Below, piece after piece: positions 9,945-18,983 of a DNA stretch of 64,000 nt (positions within the stretch are counted from its first letter, which is position 1; each line of letters opens with the position of its first letter). The notes beneath the pieces are model-generated. The model did no database searches and was not told where the DNA came from. It worked only from the letters and a program-made list of their open reading frames with translations. The DNA comes from Bacteroidota bacterium (GTDB taxonomy: Bacteria; Bacteroidota; Bacteroidia; UKL13-3). The position numbers were made by a program, and so were the translations under genes. The DNA is taken from the NCBI GenBank assembly GCA_947464275.1, contig CANHVU010000014.1, positions 10,324 to 74,323 of the forward strand, read 5' to 3'.

Positions 9945-9983
9945 GTTGTTGGTGTCGCTTTGCGAGAACACCAACTGCTGCAA
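9945..9983 (+). repeat. Family-B REP copy
   Basis: GTTGGTGT-cgctttgcgaga-ACACCAAC-tgctgcaa. Confidence 0.8.
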
Positions 9984-10013
9984 GAATACTATAACGTAAA
10001 AAGAAATTTTAAA

Positions 10014-10112
10014 ATGAAAAAGAAATGGAATCAAACAACCACATTTAATTTTATAATTGGACTTTTAACCGGAATATTGATATACCAAATAGTTAAACGG
10101 ATATTCTTTTAG
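10014..10112 (+). CDS. Small single-TM peptide (32 aa), not in the ORF track
   Basis: ATG at 10014 after an A-rich leader: MKKKWNQTTTFNFIIGLLTGILIYQIVKRIFF*. Confidence 0.5.
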   Translation: MKKKWNQTTTFNFIIGLLTGILIYQIVKRIFF

Positions 10113-10122
10113 TTAATTTTTG

Positions 10123-10188
10123 CGTCATTGCGAGGCACGAAGCAATCCCATTGTTGTTTTAGATTGCCGCGCTACGTTCGCAAAGACG
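10123..10188. repeat. CGTC-tagged palindromic repeat
   Basis: CGTCATTGCGAGGCACGAAGCAATC...GATTGCCGCGCTACGTTCGCAAAGACG with complementary ends; a partial relative lies at 27341-27365. Confidence 0.75.
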
Positions 10189-10203
10189 TTTTGATATAGG
10201 TTT

Positions 10204-10230
10204 TTGGTATCGCTTCGCTAAATACCAACC
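10204..10230 (+). repeat. Family-B REP copy (degenerate)
   Basis: TTGGTAT-cgcttcgctaa-ATACCAA; the stem variant still pairs. Confidence 0.7.
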
Positions 10231-10268
10231 CAACTCCGCATTTTTGTCACTTCGAACTCCGAATTTTA

Positions 10269-11507
10269 TTATTCTAAATCAGTATTCAGTTTGTAACGGC
10301 AAATACGGTTATTGCCTTTATCGGCTACATAAATCGTTTTACGGTTATAACAAATTCCCATTGGGTCGTTAAAATTAAACGGACCATCAAGTGGTTTTCC
10401 ATCAGCAGCTCTTCCGCCAAACGATACATTTACTTGCTTTTTAATGGTTGAATTTGCAGGTGGATTTACTCCTTCAAAACCTTGGTTAGTAAACACATAA
10501 ACTGAATCTGTTTCACTATCCACCACAAAATAATAACCTGTGGCATCAGGCGCAATAAAACAATCTTCTGGTTTTTTAAATCTGAATGGCTCGTACATAA
10601 AGCTATTAGCTTTCGAAATATCAAAATTTAGCAAACTTGAAGTTTCGGTGTATTGAGGACCTAAATCTGGATCATCAAAAACGGTTATTAGTAACGACTT
10701 ATACTCTAAATTATTGGTTTGATTACTTGAAGTAATTAAAAAGTTTTTTGAAGTACTCATTCCCTGCAATCTTTGTGGTGGAGCTGAAAATGTAGCAATT
10801 CCAGAAATATCTATTGCGGTTTTTAAACCCGATTCAGTAGCATTCAATCCTGCTGCATAACCTGTATTTACGCCATCTTGATCAAATAATAACACTGCAT
10901 TATCAGGTCTTACAAATGAGTTACCTTGATTACGAGGACCTTTTCTGCTTATATACAACGTGTTATCGCTTAAACACGCTATTCCAGTAAATTCTACTTC
11001 TTCATCTGCAGCACCTCTAAACTGCGTACTTTGACGTGAAGCATCGCAAAACGGATGAGCCAAGGTATCAATGAATTTATAATTTCCCTGACCTGTTCCT
11101 TCTAAATGATAAACACAAGTAACAGTGGCATTTAGTTTAGCATCAAATACTTTTCCAATAACATAAGTGTGTAATCTTCTGTCTTGTGTTACTTCTTTTG
11201 CGCCTGGTATGGCAATGGTATATGCTAACGTACCTTTTTGATCAAGTATATTTAGGCCTTTATCATCAACTACATAAATCATTTCATCAAAACCCACATA
11301 TACATCTACCGGATTTTGGAAACCTTTAAAAAACGGAAATACCGGAACATAGCTAACTGCTTTTGGCACTAAATTAGGATCAATTTGTCCTTGTTGTAAT
11401 ACTTCATCAACGGTATCGTTTTGTTTACCACCAAAAACCGAACACGATGAAATTAAACTAATTACAGATACAGTTAAGAATATATATTTTACAAAAGTTG
11501 ATTTCAT
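10269..11507 (-). CDS. Lipoprotein with NHL/beta-propeller-like repeats
   Basis: Likely start MKSTF at 11507; lipobox LISSC; NHL-like FNDPMGIC...IYVADKGNNRI. Confidence 0.7.
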   Translation of the reverse strand: MKSTFVKYIFLTVSVISLISSCSVFGGKQNDTVDEVLQQGQIDPNLVPKAVSYVPVFPFFKGFQNPVDVYVGFDEMIYVVDDKGLNILDQKGTLAYTIAIPGAKEVTQDRRLHTYVIGKVFDAKLNATVTCVYHLEGTGQGNYKFIDTLAHPFCDASRQSTQFRGAADEEVEFTGIACLSDNTLYISRKGPRNQGNSFVRPDNAVLLFDQDGVNTGYAAGLNATESGLKTAIDISGIATFSAPPQRLQGMSTSKNFLITSSNQTNNLEYKSLLITVFDDPDLGPQYTETSSLLNFDISKANSFMYEPFRFKKPEDCFIAPDATGYYFVVDSETDSVYVFTNQGFEGVNPPANSTIKKQVNVSFGGRAADGKPLDGPFNFNDPMGICYNRKTIYVADKGNNRICRYKLNTDLE

Positions 11508-11514
11508 TTTTAAA

Positions 11515-12519
11515 TTATTTAATGGTAAATAATAAACCAATTCTATGGATATTGCCAATGCGCGATTTGCTCACCAAGCCATAATCAATGCCAAAATTAC
11601 CAAAACTGCGAGGCAATTTAATTCCAAAACCTAAACTTGGGAAATTATTAGCTTCGTCTAAGCCAAACTCCCAACCACTGCGGCCATAAAGAATTTTTTT
11701 CCAGCTATACTCCACCCCTAGTCCTACTGTTTCGTTGTTATCGGTTGGATGGTTTAATTGCGCGGCAGTTGTTAATACATGGGTTTTATTGCTAATTGGG
11801 TCAATGGCAAAACCTAACCTAAACACAGCAGGAGCCGAAACTGGCGTAAAATCGTTTTTTTGAGTTTCGCCATTTAATTTTAAAATAGTAACACTTCCGG
11901 TTGGTGCCACATTTACACCAAAATTAGAAAAAGTAACTCCAAAACGTGCGTTTTTAATACCAATATTATAAGTTAAACCTAAATCGAAAAGAACATTATT
12001 TACAGATACGTTAGCTATAACCTCTTGGGCAAATTTGGCTTGTAAGCCAAAACTAAAACTATTGGTTAAAATTTTAGCAAAACTTACACCTATAGAAGTA
12101 CTTCCCATCAATACATTTCGGCCTGTTCCGTTTGGTTCAAACTCTGTTGTTTCTTTGGTATCGCCAAAGCCTAAACTCATTACATTAACGCCTACATAAC
12201 TTAATTTACCAGCTTTAAAAGCCACCGCACCGTAATTTACTTGGCTATTGCCAAACCAACGTGTATGCGAAAATTGCGCAGTTACTTTGCCTGTATCAAT
12301 TCCGGTAATTCCTGCAGGATTCCAATACATAGCAGCTGCATCGTTGGTTAACCCAACAACTGCACCACCCATTGAAGCCGAACGTGCATCAGGAGCAATT
12401 TTTAAAAACTGCATACCACTTCCACCTGTGCGGCTATTACCAAAGGTTGGCAATATTTGTGCTTGCGCAAAAGAAGCAGTAATTAATAAAATATATAATA
12501 ATTTGAATTTAAACTTCAT
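11515..12519 (-). CDS. PorV/PorQ family outer-membrane protein
   Basis: FLKIAPDARSASMG...AMYWNPAG signature; beta-barrel C-terminus; start at MKFKF. Confidence 0.85.
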   Translation of the reverse strand: MKFKFKLLYILLITASFAQAQILPTFGNSRTGGSGMQFLKIAPDARSASMGGAVVGLTNDAAAMYWNPAGITGIDTGKVTAQFSHTRWFGNSQVNYGAVAFKAGKLSYVGVNVMSLGFGDTKETTEFEPNGTGRNVLMGSTSIGVSFAKILTNSFSFGLQAKFAQEVIANVSVNNVLFDLGLTYNIGIKNARFGVTFSNFGVNVAPTGSVTILKLNGETQKNDFTPVSAPAVFRLGFAIDPISNKTHVLTTAAQLNHPTDNNETVGLGVEYSWKKILYGRSGWEFGLDEANNFPSLGFGIKLPRSFGNFGIDYGLVSKSRIGNIHRIGLLFTIK

Positions 12520-13032
12520 TGTTTTATAAAAGCCGTGCAAAATAAAACATTATTTTATATTCTAAAGGTTAATTGTTTGTGAAGTTAATTTAGTTGTTAG
12601 TTGATGGACGATAGACCATGGACCATGGCGGATTGTTGATGGTTGTCGGTTGATGGATGATGGATAATAGTGGATGATAGGTAAAACCAAATTATTTTTC
12701 AATTATTCCATTAACGATGCGCGTGGGGTCGGCAAAAAAGCGGGCCAGCCCAAGCCTGTGCGTGGAAGCATTTTTTTGCCTTGATTTTTTGTTTCTTTTT
12801 CATCTAAGGAAAAAGAAAGCAGAAAAAAGAAATGACTTATCCAATAACTAACTTGCTAATTCGGAAAGGATACTGTTCATAGGTAATTCTGAATAATCTA
12901 AAATTACTTTATTTTTTTATTAGAAAATTATCGCTTGAACTAACCTAAGCAACACAAAAGTTTTAAATTAAACCAAAACACCCTATGTTTGAATTACACT
13001 TTCAATAATTGGAGAAAACCAAAACAGCAAAC

Positions 13033-13692
13033 ATGAAAAACTTACAGCAAACTTGCCAAATTATAAGTACCAAAAACAGCAAACTTTTTGGGGCCTTGTT
13101 TATGATGCTGTTTATACAAAGCTGTATGAAAGAAGAATACGATAAAGTAGAACACAAAACCAATTATTATTACTTAACAGCAGCGCAGCTTAACCAAACA
13201 CCTTATTTTACCAACCCAAACTTTGACACCATAAGTTTTGCAAGCGATAAAGGCGACACTTTAACCTTTGTAAAAACCAAAACTGATACCACTTGGTATT
13301 GCGAGCAAGGCTCAGGAAACCCAAATACCGGCTACGATAAAGATTGTTACCAAACCATACATAATACTTATTCTACTGTTAAAGGTAATGGGAGTTTTGA
13401 TGTGAAACAAGGTAATGTTAATTCCAATTTGTTCTTTTATCGAACCACAGATATGATTAATTTTCAATTTAATGAATTAAATTTTTTTATTCGGGACTAT
13501 AGAATTGGAACTAAAAATGGAACAATTTTTTATGATACAATATTAGTAGGTAATAACACATATAGCAATTCAATAAAAATATTTCATAATTTGAATGATT
13601 CATCTGTTGCATTGGGATATATCAATAAAGACTTTGGCTTGTTTTCAATAAATGATAAGCTAAACAATACTCAATTTTTAATTCTTAAATAA
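13033..13692 (+). CDS. Hypothetical lipoprotein
   Basis: Lipobox-like FIQSC; similar in layout to 38181-38765. Confidence 0.65.
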   Translation: MKNLQQTCQIISTKNSKLFGALFMMLFIQSCMKEEYDKVEHKTNYYYLTAAQLNQTPYFTNPNFDTISFASDKGDTLTFVKTKTDTTWYCEQGSGNPNTGYDKDCYQTIHNTYSTVKGNGSFDVKQGNVNSNLFFYRTTDMINFQFNELNFFIRDYRIGTKNGTIFYDTILVGNNTYSNSIKIFHNLNDSSVALGYINKDFGLFSINDKLNNTQFLILK

Positions 13693-13810
13693 TTGCAAAG
13701 CGAATAATCCATTTAACCCATAAAACAAAAAAAGGTTAGCTCGCGCTAACCTCTTTTAAAAATTCTATCTATGGTCTATAAACTATCACCTAAATTACGC
13801 AAGGCGTGAA

Positions 13811-14047
13811 TCAACTAACAGCTACCACTCGGGTAATTTCGGGCAAGGCACTCTTAATTCCATTTTCAATGCCTGCTTTCATGGTAATATGGCTAATATC
13901 GCAACTACTGCAATTGCCAATTAAACGCACATGCACTTCCATTTCTTCAGTTACATCAACCAATTCTACATCGCCACCATCGGCTTGTAAAAACGGACGC
14001 ATGCTGTTTAAAGCAATTTCTATTTTATCTCTCAACGAATCTGTCAT
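13811..14047 (-). CDS. NifU/NfuA C-terminal domain Fe-S carrier
   Basis: RPFLQADGGDVELV...GNCSSC motif. Confidence 0.92.
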   Translation of the reverse strand: MTDSLRDKIEIALNSMRPFLQADGGDVELVDVTEEMEVHVRLIGNCSSCDISHITMKAGIENGIKSALPEITRVVAVS

Positions 14048-14086
14048 TCTTAATTTTTTGCTTTTTACAAATCTATTATAATAACA

Positions 14087-15175
14087 CTAATTAGCACCAA
14101 CTGTTTTTTCTTCGGCCGGAGTTGAGTTAATAATGGATACCAATTGCGCTACATTTTGAGCCACTTTTGAAAATGCTTTGTAAACTGGACTTGTTTGGTC
14201 TAAAGCAGCAGGTTTACCAGAATCGCCACCCTCGCGCACGCTCATGTAAATTGGAATTTGACCTAACAAACTTACTTTTAACTCACTAGCCATGCTTGCT
14301 CCACCATCTTTACCAAATATATAATACTTATTATCAGGCAATTCTTCTGGAGTAAAATAAGCCATATTTTCAACCACACCTAAAATTGGCACCTTTACGG
14401 GTGTCATGCTAAACATGGTTGCAGCTTTATAAGCATCGGCCAAGGCAACAGCTTGCGGAGTAGTAACCATTACAATTCCGGTTAAAGGCACCACTTGCAA
14501 CATGGTTAAATGAATATCGCCTGTTCCAGGAGGTAAGTCCAAAATTAAATAATCTAATTCGCCCCAATCGCAATCGTTTACAAATTGGCGTAAAGCCGAT
14601 GAAATCATAGGGCCGCGCCAAACTACAGCTTGCTCGGGTTTTATTAAAAATCCTATTGAAAGCAATTTGATACCATATTTTTCAATTGGAATCATGTATT
14701 GTTTGCCATTGATATCGCGCATTTGTGGTTGGCTATCCATTTCGCCAAACATCATTGGCACACTTGGGCCATAAATATCAGCATCCAACAAACCAACTTT
14801 AGCGCCTGTAGCAGCCAAAGCAATTGCCAAATTACTCGATACCGTTGATTTCCCAACTCCACCTTTTCCACTTGCCACCGCAATGATATTTTTAACCCCT
14901 GGAAGCGTTAATTTTTCAGCACGATTAGAGCTTACATTGGCTGTCATGGTAACAGTAATATTGGCTTTATCGTTTACCAACTTATGAATTGCTTCTTTGC
15001 AATCAGTTTCTATTTTTTCTTTTAAAGGACAAGCAGGCGTGGTTAATACAATGGTAAAACTTACATTTAACCCATCTACTTCCACATCTTTAACCATATT
15101 TAAAGTAACCAAATCCTTACGTAAATCGGGCTCTTGAACGGTTGATAATGCTTTTATTATATCTTCTTTTGTCAT
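14087..15175 (-). CDS. mrp: Mrp/NBP35 (ApbC) Fe-S cluster carrier ATPase
   Basis: TTPACP, SGKGGVGKST, DADIYGPS and DLPPGTGD motifs. Confidence 0.95.
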   Translation of the reverse strand: MTKEDIIKALSTVQEPDLRKDLVTLNMVKDVEVDGLNVSFTIVLTTPACPLKEKIETDCKEAIHKLVNDKANITVTMTANVSSNRAEKLTLPGVKNIIAVASGKGGVGKSTVSSNLAIALAATGAKVGLLDADIYGPSVPMMFGEMDSQPQMRDINGKQYMIPIEKYGIKLLSIGFLIKPEQAVVWRGPMISSALRQFVNDCDWGELDYLILDLPPGTGDIHLTMLQVVPLTGIVMVTTPQAVALADAYKAATMFSMTPVKVPILGVVENMAYFTPEELPDNKYYIFGKDGGASMASELKVSLLGQIPIYMSVREGGDSGKPAALDQTSPVYKAFSKVAQNVAQLVSIINSTPAEEKTVGAN

Positions 15176-15273
15176 TTTGTTTTTATGTATTACAAATAAA
15201 GGTTTTTGTACCTAATGTTGTTTGCTGATTTTTATGCGTTGGTTTTATGATTAAGCTAAAAACATTTGCCAAA

Positions 15274-16551
15274 TTATAAAAACTCAAAGCCAATATCTCT
15301 GCGGAAATATTTGCCATCGTAATTAATTTTATTGGCGTTAGCCAACGAAATATTTACTGCTTCGTTCACTGAATCTCCAAATGAAGTAATAGCCAAAACC
15401 CTTCCTCCATTGGTAACTATTTCGTTATTTGAGTTTAACGAAGTACCTGCATGAAATAACAATGAATCAGCAACGCTTTCAAAACCTGTCATTACTTTGC
15501 CTTTTTCATAATCGCCAGGATAACCAGCAGAAACCATCATTACGGTGGCAGTAGTTTTATCGCTAATTTTTAAGTCAATATTATGCAATTCGCCTTTGGC
15601 AGTAGCCACCATTAATTCTACAAAATCGGTTTCAATTCTTGGTAAAACTGCTTCCGTTTCTGGATCGCCCATGCGGCAATTGTACTCAATAACCATTGGC
15701 TCCTCGCCTACTTTTATTAAACCAACAAAAATAAAACCAACGTATTTTATGTTTTCATTTTTTAAACCTTGAACCGTTGGTTCAATAATCCTATCAATTA
15801 CTTTTTGCATAAAAACATCATTGGCAAAAGGAACAGGCGAAATTGCCCCCATTCCACCAGTATTTAAACCCATTTCCCCTTCGCCAATGCGTTTATAATC
15901 TTTGGCCGTTGGCAATATTTTATATGAATTGCCATCGCTCAATACAAAAACCGAAAGTTCAATTCCGCTCAAAAACTCCTCAATAACCACTTTTGCGCTA
16001 GCAGCACCAAACTTTTTATCGTTTATCATTTGTTGCAATTCGCTGGTAGCTTCTTCTAAAGTTTGGCAAATCAATACTCCTTTTCCAGCAGCTAATCCAT
16101 CGGCTTTAAGCACAATTGGCATTTTTTGTGTTTTTAAATACGCTATTCCTTCTTCTAAATTTTGGCTAGTAAAAGTTTTATAGGCCGCAGTTGGAATATT
16201 GTTTTTATACATAAAAGCTTTACTCCAATCTTTGCTTGCTTCCATTGTAGCACCCATTTTATCGGGCCCTACAAATAAGGTGTTTTTTAAATTTTCGTTT
16301 TCTTCAAAATAATTGCGCAAGCCCAAAACCAAAGGTTCCTCAGGACCAACAATTATCAAATCAATTTTATTTTCAAGGCTAAATTGGCCTACAGCTGCAA
16401 AATCGTTAGGATTTATTTTTACATTTTGACCAAATTGGGTAGTTCCCGCATTGCCAGGCATAATAAATAATTGCCTACATAACTTGCTTTGAGCTAATTT
16501 ATAAGCAAATGCGTGTTCGCGTCCGCCCGAACCAATCAATAAAATATTCAT
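15274..16551 (-). CDS. purD: Phosphoribosylamine--glycine ligase
   Basis: GSGGREHA, KADGLAAGKGV, NTGGMG, EYNCRMGDPE; start at MNILL. Confidence 0.97.
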   Translation of the reverse strand: MNILLIGSGGREHAFAYKLAQSKLCRQLFIMPGNAGTTQFGQNVKINPNDFAAVGQFSLENKIDLIIVGPEEPLVLGLRNYFEENENLKNTLFVGPDKMGATMEASKDWSKAFMYKNNIPTAAYKTFTSQNLEEGIAYLKTQKMPIVLKADGLAAGKGVLICQTLEEATSELQQMINDKKFGAASAKVVIEEFLSGIELSVFVLSDGNSYKILPTAKDYKRIGEGEMGLNTGGMGAISPVPFANDVFMQKVIDRIIEPTVQGLKNENIKYVGFIFVGLIKVGEEPMVIEYNCRMGDPETEAVLPRIETDFVELMVATAKGELHNIDLKISDKTTATVMMVSAGYPGDYEKGKVMTGFESVADSLLFHAGTSLNSNNEIVTNGGRVLAITSFGDSVNEAVNISLANANKINYDGKYFRRDIGFEFL

Positions 16552-16555
16552 GGGG

Positions 16556-16563
16556 CAAATATA
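16556..16563 (-). promoter_or_regulatory. Bacteroidota -7 promoter box of purD
   Basis: TATATTTG on the minus strand, 4 nt before the ATG; matches TAnnTTTG. Confidence 0.65.
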
Positions 16564-16702
16564 CCAATTAAGGCAAGCAATATGCATAAAACCTATTTGA
16601 GTTGATGAATATTAGTTAAGTTATTTTGTTATAAATAAAATTTGAAATTGCCACAAAAACAGATTTTTTTATTTAAACTTGCCTTCAATTAATCAAAAAA
16701 AA

Positions 16703-17935
16703 ATGAAAAAAATATTTACCATTATTGCTGCTTTAGCAGTATTTACCAATTTAAGTGCACAAAGATACAAAGACAAAATTTTTACCGAAGTAGCCATGGA
16801 TAGTGTTACTTATGGTTCAGCAAAGACATACACAGGTTCGCCACAAGAATTAAAAATGAACATTTTTCAACCAGTAGGCGATACTGCCACTAACAGACCT
16901 TTATTGGTTTTGGCTCATGGTGGTTCATTTATTGGTGGAAATAGATATTTGCCTGATGTAACTTATTTATGTACTGAATTTGCAAAACGCGGTTATGTGT
17001 GTGTTTCAATCCAATACCGCTTAGGTGTTAATTTACAAGAAATATTGTTTGACCCAACTCAAGCCGGTCCACAGTTTTCGAATGCTGTATGGCGCGGAAC
17101 TTTAGATGGAAGAGCAGCTATTAGGTATTTAAGAGCTAATGCTAATAATTACAAATTTAGCTTAGGTCAAGTATATGTAGGAGGAGTTTCGGCTGGTGGT
17201 GTTTTAGGTTTACATTTAGCATTTTTAGATACTGAAGCAGAAGTTGGAAATTCAAATCCACCAATTGACACCATAAGCATTGGCGGTATAGAAGGCACAA
17301 GTGGAACACCTGGACAAAACTGGAAAGTAAAAGGTGTAATTAGTTTATGTGGTGCTTTAGGCGATGTAAATTGGATGAAAAACAATAAAAATGTTTCTAT
17401 TTTTAGTGTTCATGGTACAAAAGACCAAACTGTTCCTTACAAAACAGATTATTTTTATGCTCAAACTATTAAAGTGGCTCAGTTAAGTGGAAGTTTTGTG
17501 GTAGATTCAATGGCTAAAGTATTGGGAATGAAATCGGTGTTTTATACTTTTCAAGATGCACCACATGTACCATTTAGCCCAGGTGTTGGAACAACAGCAA
17601 GCAGCACTGCATACATGGATACAACCGAAGGTTTGTTAAGAGACTTTTTATTTGACGATATCAAAACAGCTGGTGTTGGTGTAAATAATGTATTAGCCAA
17701 TAGCGATGTAAAAGTTTATCCAAATCCAGCTAAAGAAAATGTTTCGATTGAAACTAGTAAAGGTAACAACAATGTAATTACCATTTTAGACCTGAGTGGA
17801 AAAACCATTGAAACTATTAATACTAGCAAAACCATTACTACTTTAAATACCAGCAATATAACTTCAGGAATTTATTTTATACAAATAACCAATGAGTTTG
17901 GTAGCATTACAAAAAAATTAGTTATTGAAAACTAA
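16703..17935 (+). CDS. Secreted carboxylesterase/lipase with T9SS sorting domain
   Basis: HGGSF oxyanion motif, GVSAG nucleophile, HGTKD; C-terminal VYPNPAKE...TKKLVIE. Confidence 0.88.
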   Translation: MKKIFTIIAALAVFTNLSAQRYKDKIFTEVAMDSVTYGSAKTYTGSPQELKMNIFQPVGDTATNRPLLVLAHGGSFIGGNRYLPDVTYLCTEFAKRGYVCVSIQYRLGVNLQEILFDPTQAGPQFSNAVWRGTLDGRAAIRYLRANANNYKFSLGQVYVGGVSAGGVLGLHLAFLDTEAEVGNSNPPIDTISIGGIEGTSGTPGQNWKVKGVISLCGALGDVNWMKNNKNVSIFSVHGTKDQTVPYKTDYFYAQTIKVAQLSGSFVVDSMAKVLGMKSVFYTFQDAPHVPFSPGVGTTASSTAYMDTTEGLLRDFLFDDIKTAGVGVNNVLANSDVKVYPNPAKENVSIETSKGNNNVITILDLSGKTIETINTSKTITTLNTSNITSGIYFIQITNEFGSITKKLVIEN

Positions 17936-17956
17936 TTTTATAAAACTAAACCCTTT

Positions 17957-17994
17957 AAAAAGCCCCTTTAGCTAAAAACTAAAGGGGCTTTTTT
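17957..17994. terminator. Bidirectional intrinsic terminator
   Basis: AAAAAGCCCCTTTAG...CTAAAGGGGCTTTTTT between convergent genes. Confidence 0.9.
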
Positions 17995-18039
17995 ATTTAG
18001 TGATTTAATAGTTGAACATAAAAAATTAAGACAAAATAC

Positions 18040-18948
18040 TTAGTAATCTGAAACATTTACTTTTTCATTACTGTAAGTAGAGTCGGTTTTTATAAACTGA
18101 AAATTTTGCCATTTAAACTTAACTTTTGCTTCCCACGTATTGGCAGTGGTATCGTCTTCGTTTCTTTCCCAATGGTAATAATTTTTTAAAAGGTTATTGG
18201 GTTGACCTAATGTATCTGGAAAAGTAATTTCATAAACATCCGAATAAACATCTCCATCGGCAACACCTCCATCCTCTATTTGTGCTTTTACTTTAAAATT
18301 TTTCAGCAATAAATATTGACTACCATTCCAATAACCACAAGCATCTATTCCAGTTGTTACCCTTATAATATTGTCTATACTATCCAAACCTTTGTTGTTA
18401 AATAATGCCATGTCTAAGTAACCGTTCATGGCAGCATTAATGGTATCGCTTTCTATTGGATAATAACTATAACTTGTGCTAGGATTAAAGGCATAAAAGC
18501 CCACCATTTGAAAGTTTTTAAGTATTTTCAAGTTCAATATAAATTGGTTGTTAGCATATTTATCTACCAATAATAAATACCTATTATTATAATGATTTAA
18601 GTAATTAGTAGCTAAAAACTGACTAGGAACATAACCAATAAATCGCTTGCCATTAAACGGAAAACTAACTTTACACCAGTAGCCATATACCCTTTTTAAA
18701 ACCACTTGGGTGTTTAGTATTTCCAATACTTTTAGCGAATCTTTGAACGATTTGGTTTTGTAAGATGCCTTTGATTTGGTGCTTGGTGCACTGTAAACTG
18801 CTACTTCTTTATAGGCAGGTAAGTAGTAGTTACCAATTTCAGGTTTGCCTATTTCGCCAATAATAGCTTTAGTAATTAAACCCTTTTCATCGTATTGAGC
18901 CGATGCATAAAATGAAATAAATATAAACAAGATTACTAAAAACTTCAT
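18040..18948 (-). CDS. Secreted hypothetical protein, possible SH3b-like domain
   Basis: Signal peptide; VYSAPSTKS...WCKVSF...GYVPSQFL pattern; IDACGY. Confidence 0.6.
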   Translation of the reverse strand: MKFLVILFIFISFYASAQYDEKGLITKAIIGEIGKPEIGNYYLPAYKEVAVYSAPSTKSKASYKTKSFKDSLKVLEILNTQVVLKRVYGYWCKVSFPFNGKRFIGYVPSQFLATNYLNHYNNRYLLLVDKYANNQFILNLKILKNFQMVGFYAFNPSTSYSYYPIESDTINAAMNGYLDMALFNNKGLDSIDNIIRVTTGIDACGYWNGSQYLLLKNFKVKAQIEDGGVADGDVYSDVYEITFPDTLGQPNNLLKNYYHWERNEDDTTANTWEAKVKFKWQNFQFIKTDSTYSNEKVNVSDY

Positions 18949-18983
18949 GCGGTAAAAATAGGTGATTGAAGTAGTTTTTTATA

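Noticed and set aside
7030-10230. Classical integron with attC sites
   Set aside because: No tyrosine integrase in the window, and the palindromes lack recognisable RYYYAAC/GTTRRRY ends.
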